Positions 20,643 to 29,258 of a stretch of 42,314 bases of DNA are shown piece by piece. The position numbers were made by a program, and so were the translations under genes. The number at the start of each line of letters is the position of its first letter. The first letter of the stretch is position 1. Below the pieces are notes generated by a model, which saw nothing but the letters and a program-made list of their open reading frames with translations, was not told where the DNA came from and searched no databases. This DNA is from a virus (Duplodnaviria; Caudoviricetes). The stretch is taken from positions 1 to 42,314 of the IMG/VR virus record IMGVR_UViG_3300032327_000597. One strand, 5' to 3'.

Positions 20643-21475
20643 AGTCCACGCCTTACACGAATTAAACGGATCATCATGGCTTCATCTTCTTTCTCGTAGT
20701 CTGCTTCCATCTTGTCCAGCAACTTACGAGCTTTAGTGGACTGTGCTCGTTCCTTCTTATCTTCCTTGCCCCAACTGGCTATACCACCGCCGTATTTTTC
20801 ACGCATGGCTTCACAGTGCGCAGTCCAACCGCTGACTTCATATGGATCAGGACGACTGACTCTAGTACAGGTCCACCATGTGTATAGGTCTAGTATTTCT
20901 TGTGCTTTAATAGCCTGGCTAGTTGGTGTTCCAAATCGTGGGTCATCTTTATCTAGGAACTCGTCCTCATTCCAAACTAATTTTCGTTGCCATTCCAAAT
21001 TGTCTAGTCCAGCTTGTGGGCAACGCCACGTTCTCCAACGGAACCAACCACGGGCCCAAAACGGTGGCTTGTACTTCTTAGCTTCGCCCGAACTGTCCCA
21101 AGCAATATGCCACCATGCTAGTTCGACCTCGACGAAATCCACCAGCTCGTTAAATAGGCAAGGCAAAAACCTGTCGCCAACATCACGCCAGCTGCCACGC
21201 TGAATATCGCGAGGATGAGCGGTAAGGGCATGAGTTTTAGTAACCCAACGGTTGTTAATATAATATTTGACGTCATATAATTTGTCCGGTATAAAATAGA
21301 CAACATTAGAAATGTAGTCTAATCCTTCTTCAGCTAGCCAATAACGCAAGGGGTTATATCCTTTGGCGGTATCTTGCCATTCGTCCCACTGCTCGCATGT
21401 GACGGCTTCGGGCTTGCGTGTTCCACGTACCCAGTCTGCGAATTTAGTACAACTCCAGTAGTGTGTCCTAGCCAT
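20633..21475 (-). CDS. Hypothetical Trp-rich protein
   Basis: 280 aa in operon context. Confidence 0.85.
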   Translation of the reverse strand: MARTHYWSCTKFADWVRGTRKPEAVTCEQWDEWQDTAKGYNPLRYWLAEEGLDYISNVVYFIPDKLYDVKYYINNRWVTKTHALTAHPRDIQRGSWRDVGDRFLPCLFNELVDFVEVELAWWHIAWDSSGEAKKYKPPFWARGWFRWRTWRCPQAGLDNLEWQRKLVWNEDEFLDKDDPRFGTPTSQAIKAQEILDLYTWWTCTRVSRPDPYEVSGWTAHCEAMREKYGGGIASWGKEDKKERAQSTKARKLLDKMEADYEKEDEAMMIRLIRVRRGLWT

Positions 21476-21806
21476 TCTTATTCTCTCTAAATTGTCTTAC
21501 ATCTATTATAGCACTTTTTAGTGTTTCAGCATAGTTCAATGCCTGTTGCTGACTCATAATAATGTTTGCTTCGTATTCAACATAGCCCTTGGTAAGCAAG
21601 GTCCAAATGTGATGCCAGCGTGTCTTGGACCAGAAGTTGGTTTTTTGCATAGTATATGTATTAACAGTAATACCGCTTTCATCTGCTTCTACCCAAACAT
21701 TGTGCGTATGATCGTCACTGCAACATTCACAGGTAACAACGTAAGATTTTGAGTCGCCCCAATCCTTACGTGTTAAAATGCCTTCTGCTGGCTTTTGTGC
21801 TTTCAT
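21468..21806 (-). CDS. Hypothetical protein
   Basis: 112 aa with CECC...H; GGAG RBS. Confidence 0.75.
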   Translation of the reverse strand: MKAQKPAEGILTRKDWGDSKSYVVTCECCSDDHTHNVWVEADESGITVNTYTMQKTNFWSKTRWHHIWTLLTKGYVEYEANIIMSQQQALNYAETLKSAIIDVRQFRENKNG

Positions 21807-22015
21807 AGTTTAACTCCAAATCTTTCTCTAATAGCATCACTAACTGCAATGGCTGTACCAGCTTGGGCAATATCAGCACACTCTGATGCAACCAACTGGG
21901 CGAACTTTTCTAAGTCTGTTTCTTTACCATCCACAATAGGAACCATTGGATTGCTCATCAGTTGAGTAAATCTTAGTCCAGCCTCATCAGCAAGTAGTCT
22001 AATCCGCTCGTTCAT
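21803..22015 (-). CDS. Hypothetical protein (MNERI...EKFA.LV..EC family)
   Basis: 70 aa; paralog of 17124-17318. Confidence 0.75.
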   Translation of the reverse strand: MNERIRLLADEAGLRFTQLMSNPMVPIVDGKETDLEKFAQLVASECADIAQAGTAIAVSDAIRERFGVKL

Positions 22016-22251
22016 CCTCTTCCGCCTGTCTGTGACTTACTCACCGTTGGTCCATTGCTCTCAAAGTCCATTCCAGTTGAACGACCTTCATAACACTTGC
22101 CGTTCCACTTCATGCTGATTCGAACAGCCTTGTTTACAATTACATTGAGCTTGACCTTATCTTCAAATGATTCTACAACTGCTAGAGTTTCTTTGGCACT
22201 TTTTGCCATTTTGATCATACAGGTATCGCCGTGTCTGGTAATCTCACTCAT
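22012..22251 (-). CDS. Hypothetical protein
   Basis: 79 aa, coupled to the exonuclease stop codon. Confidence 0.7.
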   Translation of the reverse strand: MSEITRHGDTCMIKMAKSAKETLAVVESFEDKVKLNVIVNKAVRISMKWNGKCYEGRSTGMDFESNGPTVSKSQTGGRG

Positions 22252-22796
22252 TAGAACTCTCCATGTCTCATTAAGTATAACATATGGTGATAAATCTTAA
22301 AAGTGTTTTCTGCGTCATCCTGGGCATCGTGTTTGCGACCATCAAACTTTAGGCCAAACCGTGTCATAGCAGTACCTAGGCCACCGCTGTACACTCGGTT
22401 TTCTTTTCCGATCATGCGACTGACAACCAAGGTTTTAGCATCAATCCAACGACGTCCAAAACACCAATCCTCACGTGCCGCAGGACTAAGCTGTTCACGT
22501 ACTTCTGCAGAGTCACCACCACCCCATGTTATTGGATTAAGAAACTCTGTATACTTGCGGTGAAAATCTTTTAGGATCTGATAAGCATCATCCAACGGCA
22601 TGCCGTCTCGATCAATTTGCTCCTGTGTAATGCCGCATAGTTCTGTGATAAACGGGGTAATAGGCTCACCAGGATTTACATAGATGCGTAGTCGTTGACT
22701 TATTTCTCCGGTTTCGGTATCTCCGACAACGGCACCAATTTGGATAATTTTGCCCGAGGGCTGATTCATTTCTAGGTCAAGTGATGTAAGTTTCAT
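22251..22796 (-). CDS. DEDDh 3'-5' exonuclease (DnaQ/RNase T-like)
   Basis: LDLEM (ExoI), TWGGGD (ExoII) and HDAQDDA (ExoIII). Start set at ATG 22796. Confidence 0.88.
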   Translation of the reverse strand: MKLTSLDLEMNQPSGKIIQIGAVVGDTETGEISQRLRIYVNPGEPITPFITELCGITQEQIDRDGMPLDDAYQILKDFHRKYTEFLNPITWGGGDSAEVREQLSPAAREDWCFGRRWIDAKTLVVSRMIGKENRVYSGGLGTAMTRFGLKFDGRKHDAQDDAENTFKIYHHMLYLMRHGEF

Positions 22797-22802
22797 ACTG
22801 CT

Positions 22803-22831
22803 AGTATACTGCCTTTCTTTGGTTTTGTCAA
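22803..22831 (-). promoter_or_regulatory. Sigma70 promoter, probably leaderless exonuclease transcript
   Basis: TTGACA-N17-TATACT with the ATG 6 nt downstream. Confidence 0.8.
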
Positions 22832-23091
22832 GGACTAACTTTACCAAAACGTAGATAAAACTCTGTAAGTTTCTTTTTGGCAAAGGTAGCTGAAATGGTA
22901 TATCTATGTCCAAAACTTGCGGGATCGTTGTGTCTGTGCCAAATTGGAGTTTCTAGTGCGTTTTCCATGCACCATTTCCCAGCATCACTTTTCTGCCACT
23001 GATACAAGGGTTCCGCCGCATAGAGATCTGGGTCATCCACGTCGCTCATGATAAACGTGTGTACTACAATTTCTTTAGTTTCTGCAACCAT
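22828..23091 (-). CDS. Hypothetical protein
   Basis: 87 aa, DVDDPDLYAAEPLYQW. Confidence 0.75.
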   Translation of the reverse strand: MVAETKEIVVHTFIMSDVDDPDLYAAEPLYQWQKSDAGKWCMENALETPIWHRHNDPASFGHRYTISATFAKKKLTEFYLRFGKVSP

Positions 23092-23097
23092 ATTACG

Positions 23098-23280
23098 CTA
23101 TGCGTATTGTGCCCATCGTAGTGCAAATAGTGTGGCATCCTTCTCGTTCTTAAACTCAAACAAGTAGTCACCCCAAGCGTTCTGCAACCACATGTTCCAA
23201 TCTTCAAACACAAGATTTTGTTCGCACCATTCAGCTGCCAAGTATCCTGCATTAGCGCCATTAATAGGGATCTTGATCAC
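23098..23280 (-). CDS. Hypothetical protein (F..EKDATLFALRW family)
   Basis: 60 aa, overlapping the upstream stop codon. Confidence 0.65.
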   Translation of the reverse strand: MIKIPINGANAGYLAAEWCEQNLVFEDWNMWLQNAWGDYLFEFKNEKDATLFALRWAQYA

Positions 23281-23717
23281 ACTGTTTTTTTCTTGTAGAA
23301 TCGTTTTTTAGGAACAGATTTTTTAGGTTTGGCAATAGGATCGTGCTGTATGGCTTTTTGGCTACGTTCCATTGCGGCATGAATCTGCTCAGGAGTTGGC
23401 TCATCGTGTTCGTATTCCATAACACCTTGTGGCAAGGGCATTCCTACCTTGGTCATTGCTCGGTTGGTTATACGATGGTCTTCTTTGCGGAACAGACCAA
23501 TAGGACCGTCAGCATCTGGACTGATTTGATCAAACGATCGAATTTCGTAAACGTTCTCAATTCCTGATTTAAGTTCAACTACATACAGTTCATGCTCTGG
23601 ATCATGCCCTTCTTCAAGGTGCGCTAGGTCAATAACTTCAACAACACGACCCTGTGTTAGAGTGCGCTCGCCGATGTGAATCCACACTGAATCTTTAATG
23701 TTATATTTTGTTATCAT
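23277..23717 (-). CDS. Hypothetical protein
   Basis: 146 aa with a basic C-terminus. Confidence 0.8.
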   Translation of the reverse strand: MITKYNIKDSVWIHIGERTLTQGRVVEVIDLAHLEEGHDPEHELYVVELKSGIENVYEIRSFDQISPDADGPIGLFRKEDHRITNRAMTKVGMPLPQGVMEYEHDEPTPEQIHAAMERSQKAIQHDPIAKPKKSVPKKRFYKKKTV

Positions 23718-23878
23718 GAATTTTCTGTTAGTTGCGTCTTGCCTTCAAGTAAGTCTTTTACAAAACGAAGGGCCTTGCGATTAGTATCAAATACATACTC
23801 GCAATCTTCGTCCGAGGTGCGCAGACCAACTACTACACCGTTTTTTACTTTACGTACTTCGATTGATTCAAAATCCAT
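23714..23878 (-). CDS. Small hypothetical protein (54 aa)
   Basis: Hand-translated MDFESIEVRKVKNGVVV...; ATGA overlap with the next gene. Confidence 0.7.
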   Translation of the reverse strand: MDFESIEVRKVKNGVVVGLRTSDEDCEYVFDTNRKALRFVKDLLEGKTQLTENS

Positions 23879-23893
23879 GATATGCCTTTTTGT

Positions 23894-24619
23894 TTATTGT
23901 GGAACGGAAAGATTATAGTTAAAGTGGAAAATTCCAATGTGTGATATTTCCTTACTGAGTTCGTGATCACACCAAACATCAAACCCTGCGTCTATTGCTT
24001 TTTTACAGAAGTAAATATCTTCACCAATTTCCAAATTTAATTCTGGAACAAACTCTTGTAAGTAATGCGGCTGTGAAACTTTTTCATAAACAGATCGATG
24101 TACCATTACACAACCATGTGGTAAAACATCGACTTTCTGCATTGCTGGGGAGTTGTCATCTGTGATTAATTCTTTAAATCCGCCTGGCTGACCCATCATT
24201 CCGGTAAAACCTGGATTAGGGAAACGGCGACGACGATAGTTACAGCCCACTAGTGGTACGCCACGTTTGAGTAGGCGTATTGGAGTGTCAATTGGAAACT
24301 TCATGTCACTGTCGATCCAAAATGCATAATCGAAGTCACTCTTAAGGAAAATGTCTGTTAAGTTGCGGCGAGCAATGGTGATCACTGATCCAATGTTAAA
24401 TGCGCAATTGATCTTAATGCCGTTGGCTACTAGGTTAGCACAGGCCATGGCCAGGTGTTGAGCAAATTCTGCATTGACCATTTCCATAGCTGGAATTAAA
24501 ATCATTACACTTGGAGTTTTACCCTGCTGTGCAACCGGATTTGGTGTATTCGGTTGTGGAACATTAGCACGAGTTTGGGTTGGCCGGCTAGGGATTTGCA
24601 GTTTACCTTTGTTTTTCAT
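23894..24619 (-). CDS. Glycosyltransferase-like protein (GT-A fold)
   Basis: ARRNL, FWIDSDM (DxD), HGCVMV and GEDIYFC motifs. Confidence 0.75.
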   Translation of the reverse strand: MKNKGKLQIPSRPTQTRANVPQPNTPNPVAQQGKTPSVMILIPAMEMVNAEFAQHLAMACANLVANGIKINCAFNIGSVITIARRNLTDIFLKSDFDYAFWIDSDMKFPIDTPIRLLKRGVPLVGCNYRRRRFPNPGFTGMMGQPGGFKELITDDNSPAMQKVDVLPHGCVMVHRSVYEKVSQPHYLQEFVPELNLEIGEDIYFCKKAIDAGFDVWCDHELSKEISHIGIFHFNYNLSVPQ

Positions 24620-24764
24620 CTTTGTCCTTTAAAGTTTTAATAAGTCTATATTGACTATTTGATAACAGTTTTGCACCTGTACTATCTAATTTATCGTCTA
24701 AAACAGCTTGAATCACAAAATTTGGATCTAGGCTGATAGACGTTTCTGTATTATTGTTTTCCAT
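24603..24764 (-). CDS. Possible small hypothetical protein (53 aa)
   Basis: Hand-translated MENNNTETSISLDPNF...; fills the gap between two genes. Confidence 0.45.
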   Translation of the reverse strand: MENNNTETSISLDPNFVIQAVLDDKLDSTGAKLLSNSQYRLIKTLKDKDEKQR

Positions 24765-24921
24765 TTCGTTGCTGATGTTTAAACTCTCTTTTTAACCAAT
24801 ACTTGTAGCGTTGGAAATATTCTTCCATAGTAAAGGGCAACTCACCGTAGTCTCGATGTTCGTCACAATTTTGCAACCACAGTTCACGTAACCAATGTCG
24901 AAAGCTGGTATCTTTAGTCAT
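24751..24921 (-). CDS. Small hypothetical protein (56 aa)
   Basis: Hand-translated MTKDTSFRHWLRELWLQNCDEH...KYWLKREF; TTGACA-N17-TATAAT promoter at 24927-24955. Confidence 0.7.
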   Translation of the reverse strand: MTKDTSFRHWLRELWLQNCDEHRDYGELPFTMEEYFQRYKYWLKREFKHQQRNGKQ

Positions 24922-24955
24922 AATTTATTATAGTAGATTAATTATGTGTTGTCAA

Positions 24956-25303
24956 CTAATTATCTAGAACATCTTGAGTAAAATTATAGTTTTCGGCAAT
25001 TAGAGTTAGTCTGTGGTGTCTTTCGCTAATTAATCCGTCAACGTACTCTTTAAAGTTTTCTATATTGATATCTTCAGTTAACCATTCGGTCTTCCAATCT
25101 TCGATTACCCAAATATTATCTATGTATTGTGTCTTAATATTACGTTCTAGTGCTTTAGCATGATTGCGGAGACCACCGTAGACAAACATGTTAACAATAC
25201 TACCGGCATGTGAGCAGTATTGTTTATTACGTTCTTTGATGTCCTGTGCAATACCAAACCCAATACGCCCACTGACAGATATAACAATATAAAAATAATA
25301 CAT
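24956..25303 (-). CDS. Hypothetical protein, possible GIY-YIG/T5orf172-like nuclease
   Basis: YFYIV...IGFGIA...ER..QY, LE..IK and TEWL pattern. Confidence 0.5.
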   Translation of the reverse strand: MYYFYIVISVSGRIGFGIAQDIKERNKQYCSHAGSIVNMFVYGGLRNHAKALERNIKTQYIDNIWVIEDWKTEWLTEDINIENFKEYVDGLISERHHRLTLIAENYNFTQDVLDN

Positions 25304-26433
25304 TATTCTGCCAAATTCAAAATGTCTTCGTCAAAGAACTCAATAAGTCCGTCAAAGTGATCGAGCAATGTGGGAGCTACTTTTTCCTTACCACCAAAGT
25401 GTTGATACAATTGAATTAGAGCACAGGCATAAGCATCATCATCCCATGCGGCTTGATAACCATAACGCTGTACAGTCCACCGTCGATGTGCTTCTGTAAC
25501 AGACTCCTGGAACTGCGACATATTACCGAAGCAACTTTGTACCATTGCCGCAAGTTCGTCTTGAAACTTAGGAGTCAATTTAATCTTGGCACTACCAAAT
25601 TGGCGGCACAAGTCACGGAATACAAAGAACAAACTAACGTGAATATTTTCGTAGTGGAAGTACTGATTATGCCAATTGCATGCAATGGTCAGTTCACTGT
25701 CATTAAGAGTTTGAAATGTTGCAATGTTAGTAAATGTACCCGGATACTTGGCCAAGTCACTACCAACTTCTACAGGAAAGCAGTTATGCTTTTCTGCAAT
25801 CGCAACTTTCCTTTCCAACTCTACTTCATCATCGTCAGTCGTATCTTTGTCGATACGAATAGTAAAGACAGCATTACGCAGGTCTTGATAAGCTGACTGC
25901 TTCTTTTTTCCTTTACCGTTGAGAATACCAAATGCTCTGCGAGCGTAGGCAAGATTATCGGTTTCGATATAGGTAAATGGATACTCAAACGTTTTCCAGT
26001 CAGAAACACCTGGCATGAAACCTGCATCAATTAAAGCGGCAATAGTGCTTACTGTGTGTTGGGTGTCAATGCTGATAAATTTACCCTTGGAAGTTTTAAT
26101 ACAAACAACCGGCTGAAGCAATGCTGGATCGAACAAGGTTGGATTGGCAATTTTATTAGCACAATGTTTGTCGTCGAGAGCACGTTGTATATCTTCATCT
26201 ATATCTAGTACACCTAGCATCTCCATAGAAACTTTGGGCAACCTTGTAAGATCAAATGTTTTCGCCATTGCCTTCCACAATTTGGTAGTTTTCTTCCAAG
26301 CGGCACTCTTATTAAGTGTGTCAACTCGATCTTGCAGAGATACAGTTTTACCACTACCTCGTTTGAGAGGATTAATTTTGGCCATTGGGTTTGGCTTTTT
26401 GATCACATCTTCGTACTTAAATTTATAAGTCAT
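25303..26433 (-). CDS. ParB/Srx-like (DGQH-type) domain protein
   Basis: IQRALD and SIDTQHT (a DGQH variant). Start set at ATG 26433; promoter TTGACA-N17-TATAAT at 26470-26498. Confidence 0.6.
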   Translation of the reverse strand: MTYKFKYEDVIKKPNPMAKINPLKRGSGKTVSLQDRVDTLNKSAAWKKTTKLWKAMAKTFDLTRLPKVSMEMLGVLDIDEDIQRALDDKHCANKIANPTLFDPALLQPVVCIKTSKGKFISIDTQHTVSTIAALIDAGFMPGVSDWKTFEYPFTYIETDNLAYARRAFGILNGKGKKKQSAYQDLRNAVFTIRIDKDTTDDDEVELERKVAIAEKHNCFPVEVGSDLAKYPGTFTNIATFQTLNDSELTIACNWHNQYFHYENIHVSLFFVFRDLCRQFGSAKIKLTPKFQDELAAMVQSCFGNMSQFQESVTEAHRRWTVQRYGYQAAWDDDAYACALIQLYQHFGGKEKVAPTLLDHFDGLIEFFDEDILNLAE

Positions 26434-26489
26434 AAAAGGTCTTTCTGTGTGTTGTTTAATAATACTCTTATTATACAGAAAAAACCAGA

Positions 26490-27185
26490 CTATGTCAAGT
26501 TCTTGTAGACTTTTTTCAGTAGTTTTTTTACAACGGGATTTTTGAGATCTTTGGAAAAGGCCTGTATATAAGCCCAAAGATTAATGCTGTCGTTGATCGA
26601 GACAGCTGCCGGGTTGAGTATTTTGGATAAAGGGTTTTGATGTTCGCGTAGTTCGGTTGCTATATTAAACGCATAAGCATCAATTTCATCCGGATCGCTA
26701 AGATACACTAAATTTTCATCTAGGGCAATCTTACTTTTGAAACGATGCTCAACAACTACAAAATCTCTAGCTCGAGTCTGACGCATGTGAATTAATTCAT
26801 GTGCTAGACTATCTGCCAATCGATTGATAAACAGCGTCCAGAGATCTTGATCTAAAATTAAATAGTCATCGTTTGGATTGGTTACAAATACTAGTTCGAT
26901 ACTGATTTTTTTACGTTCGTCGCATTCCGAATCGTAAAACGCATTGATATTGACTTCAGAGGCTTCAACTTCTAGGGCCTTAGCATGTAGCACATTAACT
27001 CTAAATGCTCGAGCAACAAAGTGGCCAACACGATCGATTAGATCATCAACAGAAAATACTTGATCAATAATATCCTGTTCAAGATCGACACAGACGTTGC
27101 GTATCTGTTCTCTGCTGGGTATTTCTATCTGCGCCCCCAATTTTGGAGAGCAGTTGAATTTTTTGATCTTCAATAGGTCAACCAA
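26490..27185 (-). CDS. HExxH zinc-metallopeptidase-like protein
   Basis: AHELIHMRQ...DEIDAYAFNIA; true start codon uncertain. Confidence 0.7.
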   Translation of the reverse strand: MVDLLKIKKFNCSPKLGAQIEIPSREQIRNVCVDLEQDIIDQVFSVDDLIDRVGHFVARAFRVNVLHAKALEVEASEVNINAFYDSECDERKKISIELVFVTNPNDDYLILDQDLWTLFINRLADSLAHELIHMRQTRARDFVVVEHRFKSKIALDENLVYLSDPDEIDAYAFNIATELREHQNPLSKILNPAAVSINDSINLWAYIQAFSKDLKNPVVKKLLKKVYKNLT

Positions 27186-27898
27186 TCAGTTGTTTTAAAT
27201 GGTTTGCCAATGTAGGCATTTTCCAGCTGTGTTAGTATCTTACGCTTCATTCTACGTATGATCTTGTGATTGTGATTCCAATCAAAGGATTTTAAATAAC
27301 TGTACCACCAGGAATTTTTATGTCTACGGGCTTGATTTGTATCTAGATATCGTTTGATAGTTGTAGGATCATAGTCGAATCTGTCAATTAATTCGCAGGC
27401 AATATTAAATGCAAACGCACCCATTTCATCTCGATCACCAAAATATTCCTGTAGTTTACGCTCGCTGGTCAATTCTGCTGTGCTTTGATAGCCAGGTAAT
27501 GGTTTAAAATTACGAGCACGAAACTGTCGCATGTGTATCATTTCATGCAAAATTATGTGGGCAAATCTCCGGCTCATCCTGCGCCATCTATTCATAGTTA
27601 TAGTCATCTTGACATCGCTTGGATGATAGTTGAGATTTAGTTCAATAGCTGGTTTGTCTTTACGATCGAGCTCACTGTAGTAGACTCCGCCCATGTAGAT
27701 ATAGCCAGGGACGTTGTCTTCTTCAACTAGTTTGATTATCTTGATGGGCAACAGAGGCTTGATGTGACTGCTGACTATTCTGTTGATTTGATCGGGTGTA
27801 AGAGATTTACCCACTATTTTCTTGTTTAGAGAAAAAAAGCAGGAATATAGCGTGTTGCGATCCAGTGCAGACCAATTGACGGTTTTAGCGTTTGCCAC
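27170..27898 (-). CDS. HExxH zinc-metallopeptidase-like protein (paralog)
   Basis: LHEMIHMRQ...DEMGAFAFNIA; GTG start with GGAG RBS and TAAATA upstream. Confidence 0.75.
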   Translation of the reverse strand: MANAKTVNWSALDRNTLYSCFFSLNKKIVGKSLTPDQINRIVSSHIKPLLPIKIIKLVEEDNVPGYIYMGGVYYSELDRKDKPAIELNLNYHPSDVKMTITMNRWRRMSRRFAHIILHEMIHMRQFRARNFKPLPGYQSTAELTSERKLQEYFGDRDEMGAFAFNIACELIDRFDYDPTTIKRYLDTNQARRHKNSWWYSYLKSFDWNHNHKIIRRMKRKILTQLENAYIGKPFKTTDWLTY

Positions 27899-27962
27899 GG
27901 TATTTCTCCAGTGATCTTACTTACTCTATTTACGCTAGACTCTATTACAATTTTATATATGC

Positions 27963-28256
27963 TTAACGACCACGCCCTGCTGAGCGTGTAGCGGGCTTTT
28001 TAACCAAGACCTGCGGTTTTTTAGCCTGTTGAACCTGGGCTGTTTTAGCACCCGGAACCTTGGGAGTTGCAGCAACTTTTTGTGCGGCCGCAATAAAGGG
28101 GTTTTTGCTTGTTTTTTTAGCTTCTTCTGCCATGACTTTTCTCGCTAATTTCTTTGCTTCTAACCTGGCCAGCAGTGCTAACAGTTCATCACGGGTCAGC
28201 ATTTGCCCCCAGGTTGCGACCTTTTTAGGTTCTTCTCGTTGTTTTCTTGTTGCCAT
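27963..28256 (-). CDS. Small Lys/Ala-rich basic protein
   Basis: 97 aa ending RSAGRGR. Confidence 0.6.
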   Translation of the reverse strand: MATRKQREEPKKVATWGQMLTRDELLALLARLEAKKLARKVMAEEAKKTSKNPFIAAAQKVAATPKVPGAKTAQVQQAKKPQVLVKKPATRSAGRGR

Positions 28257-28275
28257 TACTACCTTATTATAATAC

Positions 28276-28385
28276 TGGTGCTGGTTACCGTGTCCAGCGA
28301 AGGCTTATGGCTCCTTCGGCATATGACTTCAGTCTGTTGCCCTCACACTGATCGACTCTAGGAGTCAGGCTGCGGAGTTACCTAT
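28276..28385 (-). ncRNA. Candidate structured small RNA ending in ACCA
   Basis: Four short hairpins; the last (GCTGG/CCAGC) is followed by ACCA. Lies directly 3' of tRNA-Leu. Confidence 0.5.
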
Positions 28386-28386
28386 T

Positions 28387-28471
28387 TGGTGGGAATGGTC
28401 GGACTCGAACCGACACGTCTTGCGACGCCAGAACCTAAATCTGGTGCGGCTGCCAATTACGCCACATTCCC
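28387..28471 (-). tRNA. tRNA-Leu(TAG)
   Basis: Cloverleaf, CCAGA-TTTAGGT-TCTGG anticodon arm, long variable arm, CCA encoded. Confidence 0.95.
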
Positions 28472-28555
28472 AATTAAATCTAAGAACCCTACACCAAAAA
28501 AATACCGCTCTTTGAATTCTGGATGAGGAATTCTAATAACCTTGTACTCTTTATA

Positions 28556-28717
28556 TTATCTTACAAATGCTTGAAAATAATACGTTGTTGGAACTGTGAG
28601 ATACTCACGTATAATACTAACTCCACCCTGCGGTTGCCAACCATCTGCTAACAAGTTGGATACTAACTTGCAAAACTCATCGTGTGTTGCGTTAACAACT
28701 TTATATTCAGTTATCAT
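28556..28717 (-). CDS. Small protein, DUF1737-like (53 aa)
   Basis: Hand-translated MITEYKVV...LLADGWQPQGGVS...YFQAFVR. Confidence 0.65.
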   Translation of the reverse strand: MITEYKVVNATHDEFCKLVSNLLADGWQPQGGVSIIREYLTVPTTYYFQAFVR

Positions 28718-28727
28718 AATATTTTTG

Positions 28728-28798
28728 TGCCTTGTGAGAGAATCGAACTCCCGTAACAGGATTACAAATCCAGCGTAATACCTCTATACGAACAAGGC
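28728..28798 (-). tRNA. tRNA-Thr(TGT)
   Basis: Cloverleaf with loop TTTGTAA and one anticodon-stem mismatch; CCA not encoded. Confidence 0.88.
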
Positions 28799-28820
28799 TT
28801 AAAACTTTACTGCGAAACTT

Positions 28821-28923
28821 TTACGGCTGGGAGGACTCGAACCTCCAAATGCGTTGACTAAGTCGTTGCACCGTCCTAGACCCGGGTATGGGTCAGAGCT
28901 CTGCCATTTGCTCACAGCCGTAA
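28821..28923 (-). ncRNA. tRNA-like RNA without a canonical anticodon loop
   Basis: Acceptor ACGGCTG/CAGCCGT, D arm and GGAGG-TTCGAGT-CCTCC T arm. The central region has a 6-nt-loop hairpin plus an extra hairpin. Own promoter at 28929-28957. Confidence 0.7.
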
Positions 28924-28965
28924 GTATAATTATACACATTCGTCGACTGTAGAGCAAGAGCTGAT

Positions 28966-29214
28966 TTAACCACCCAGTGTTTGACTCTTTGTATCCATTT
29001 TGAGTATATAAGCACCAGCGTCAATTTCACCATTTTGGATCTCTAAAAGCGCATCGATTGTTGTTTGATGTTTTCCATGACGATGCTGTTTCTTAAGCTC
29101 ACGCAGGCGTTCTGCAGCAACCAGCACCATGTCGTAGCGTAGGTTATCTACGTTGCGAACGCATTTTTCGAGGTCCAGTTGCGGGTGGCGGCTGTCAATC
29201 TTTTTCTTAATCAT
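28966..29214 (-). CDS. rpoZ: RNA polymerase omega subunit homolog
   Basis: RYDMVLVAAERLREL and TTIDALLEIQNGEI align by eye with omega RFDLVLVAARRARQM and TTVIALREIEEGLI. Promoter TTGACG-N17-TATAAT at 29247-29275. Confidence 0.75.
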   Translation of the reverse strand: MIKKKIDSRHPQLDLEKCVRNVDNLRYDMVLVAAERLRELKKQHRHGKHQTTIDALLEIQNGEIDAGAYILKMDTKSQTLGG

Positions 29215-29258
29215 ATCTACCTTTAGTTGTACTGCGTTGATGTTTTATTATACAGAGA

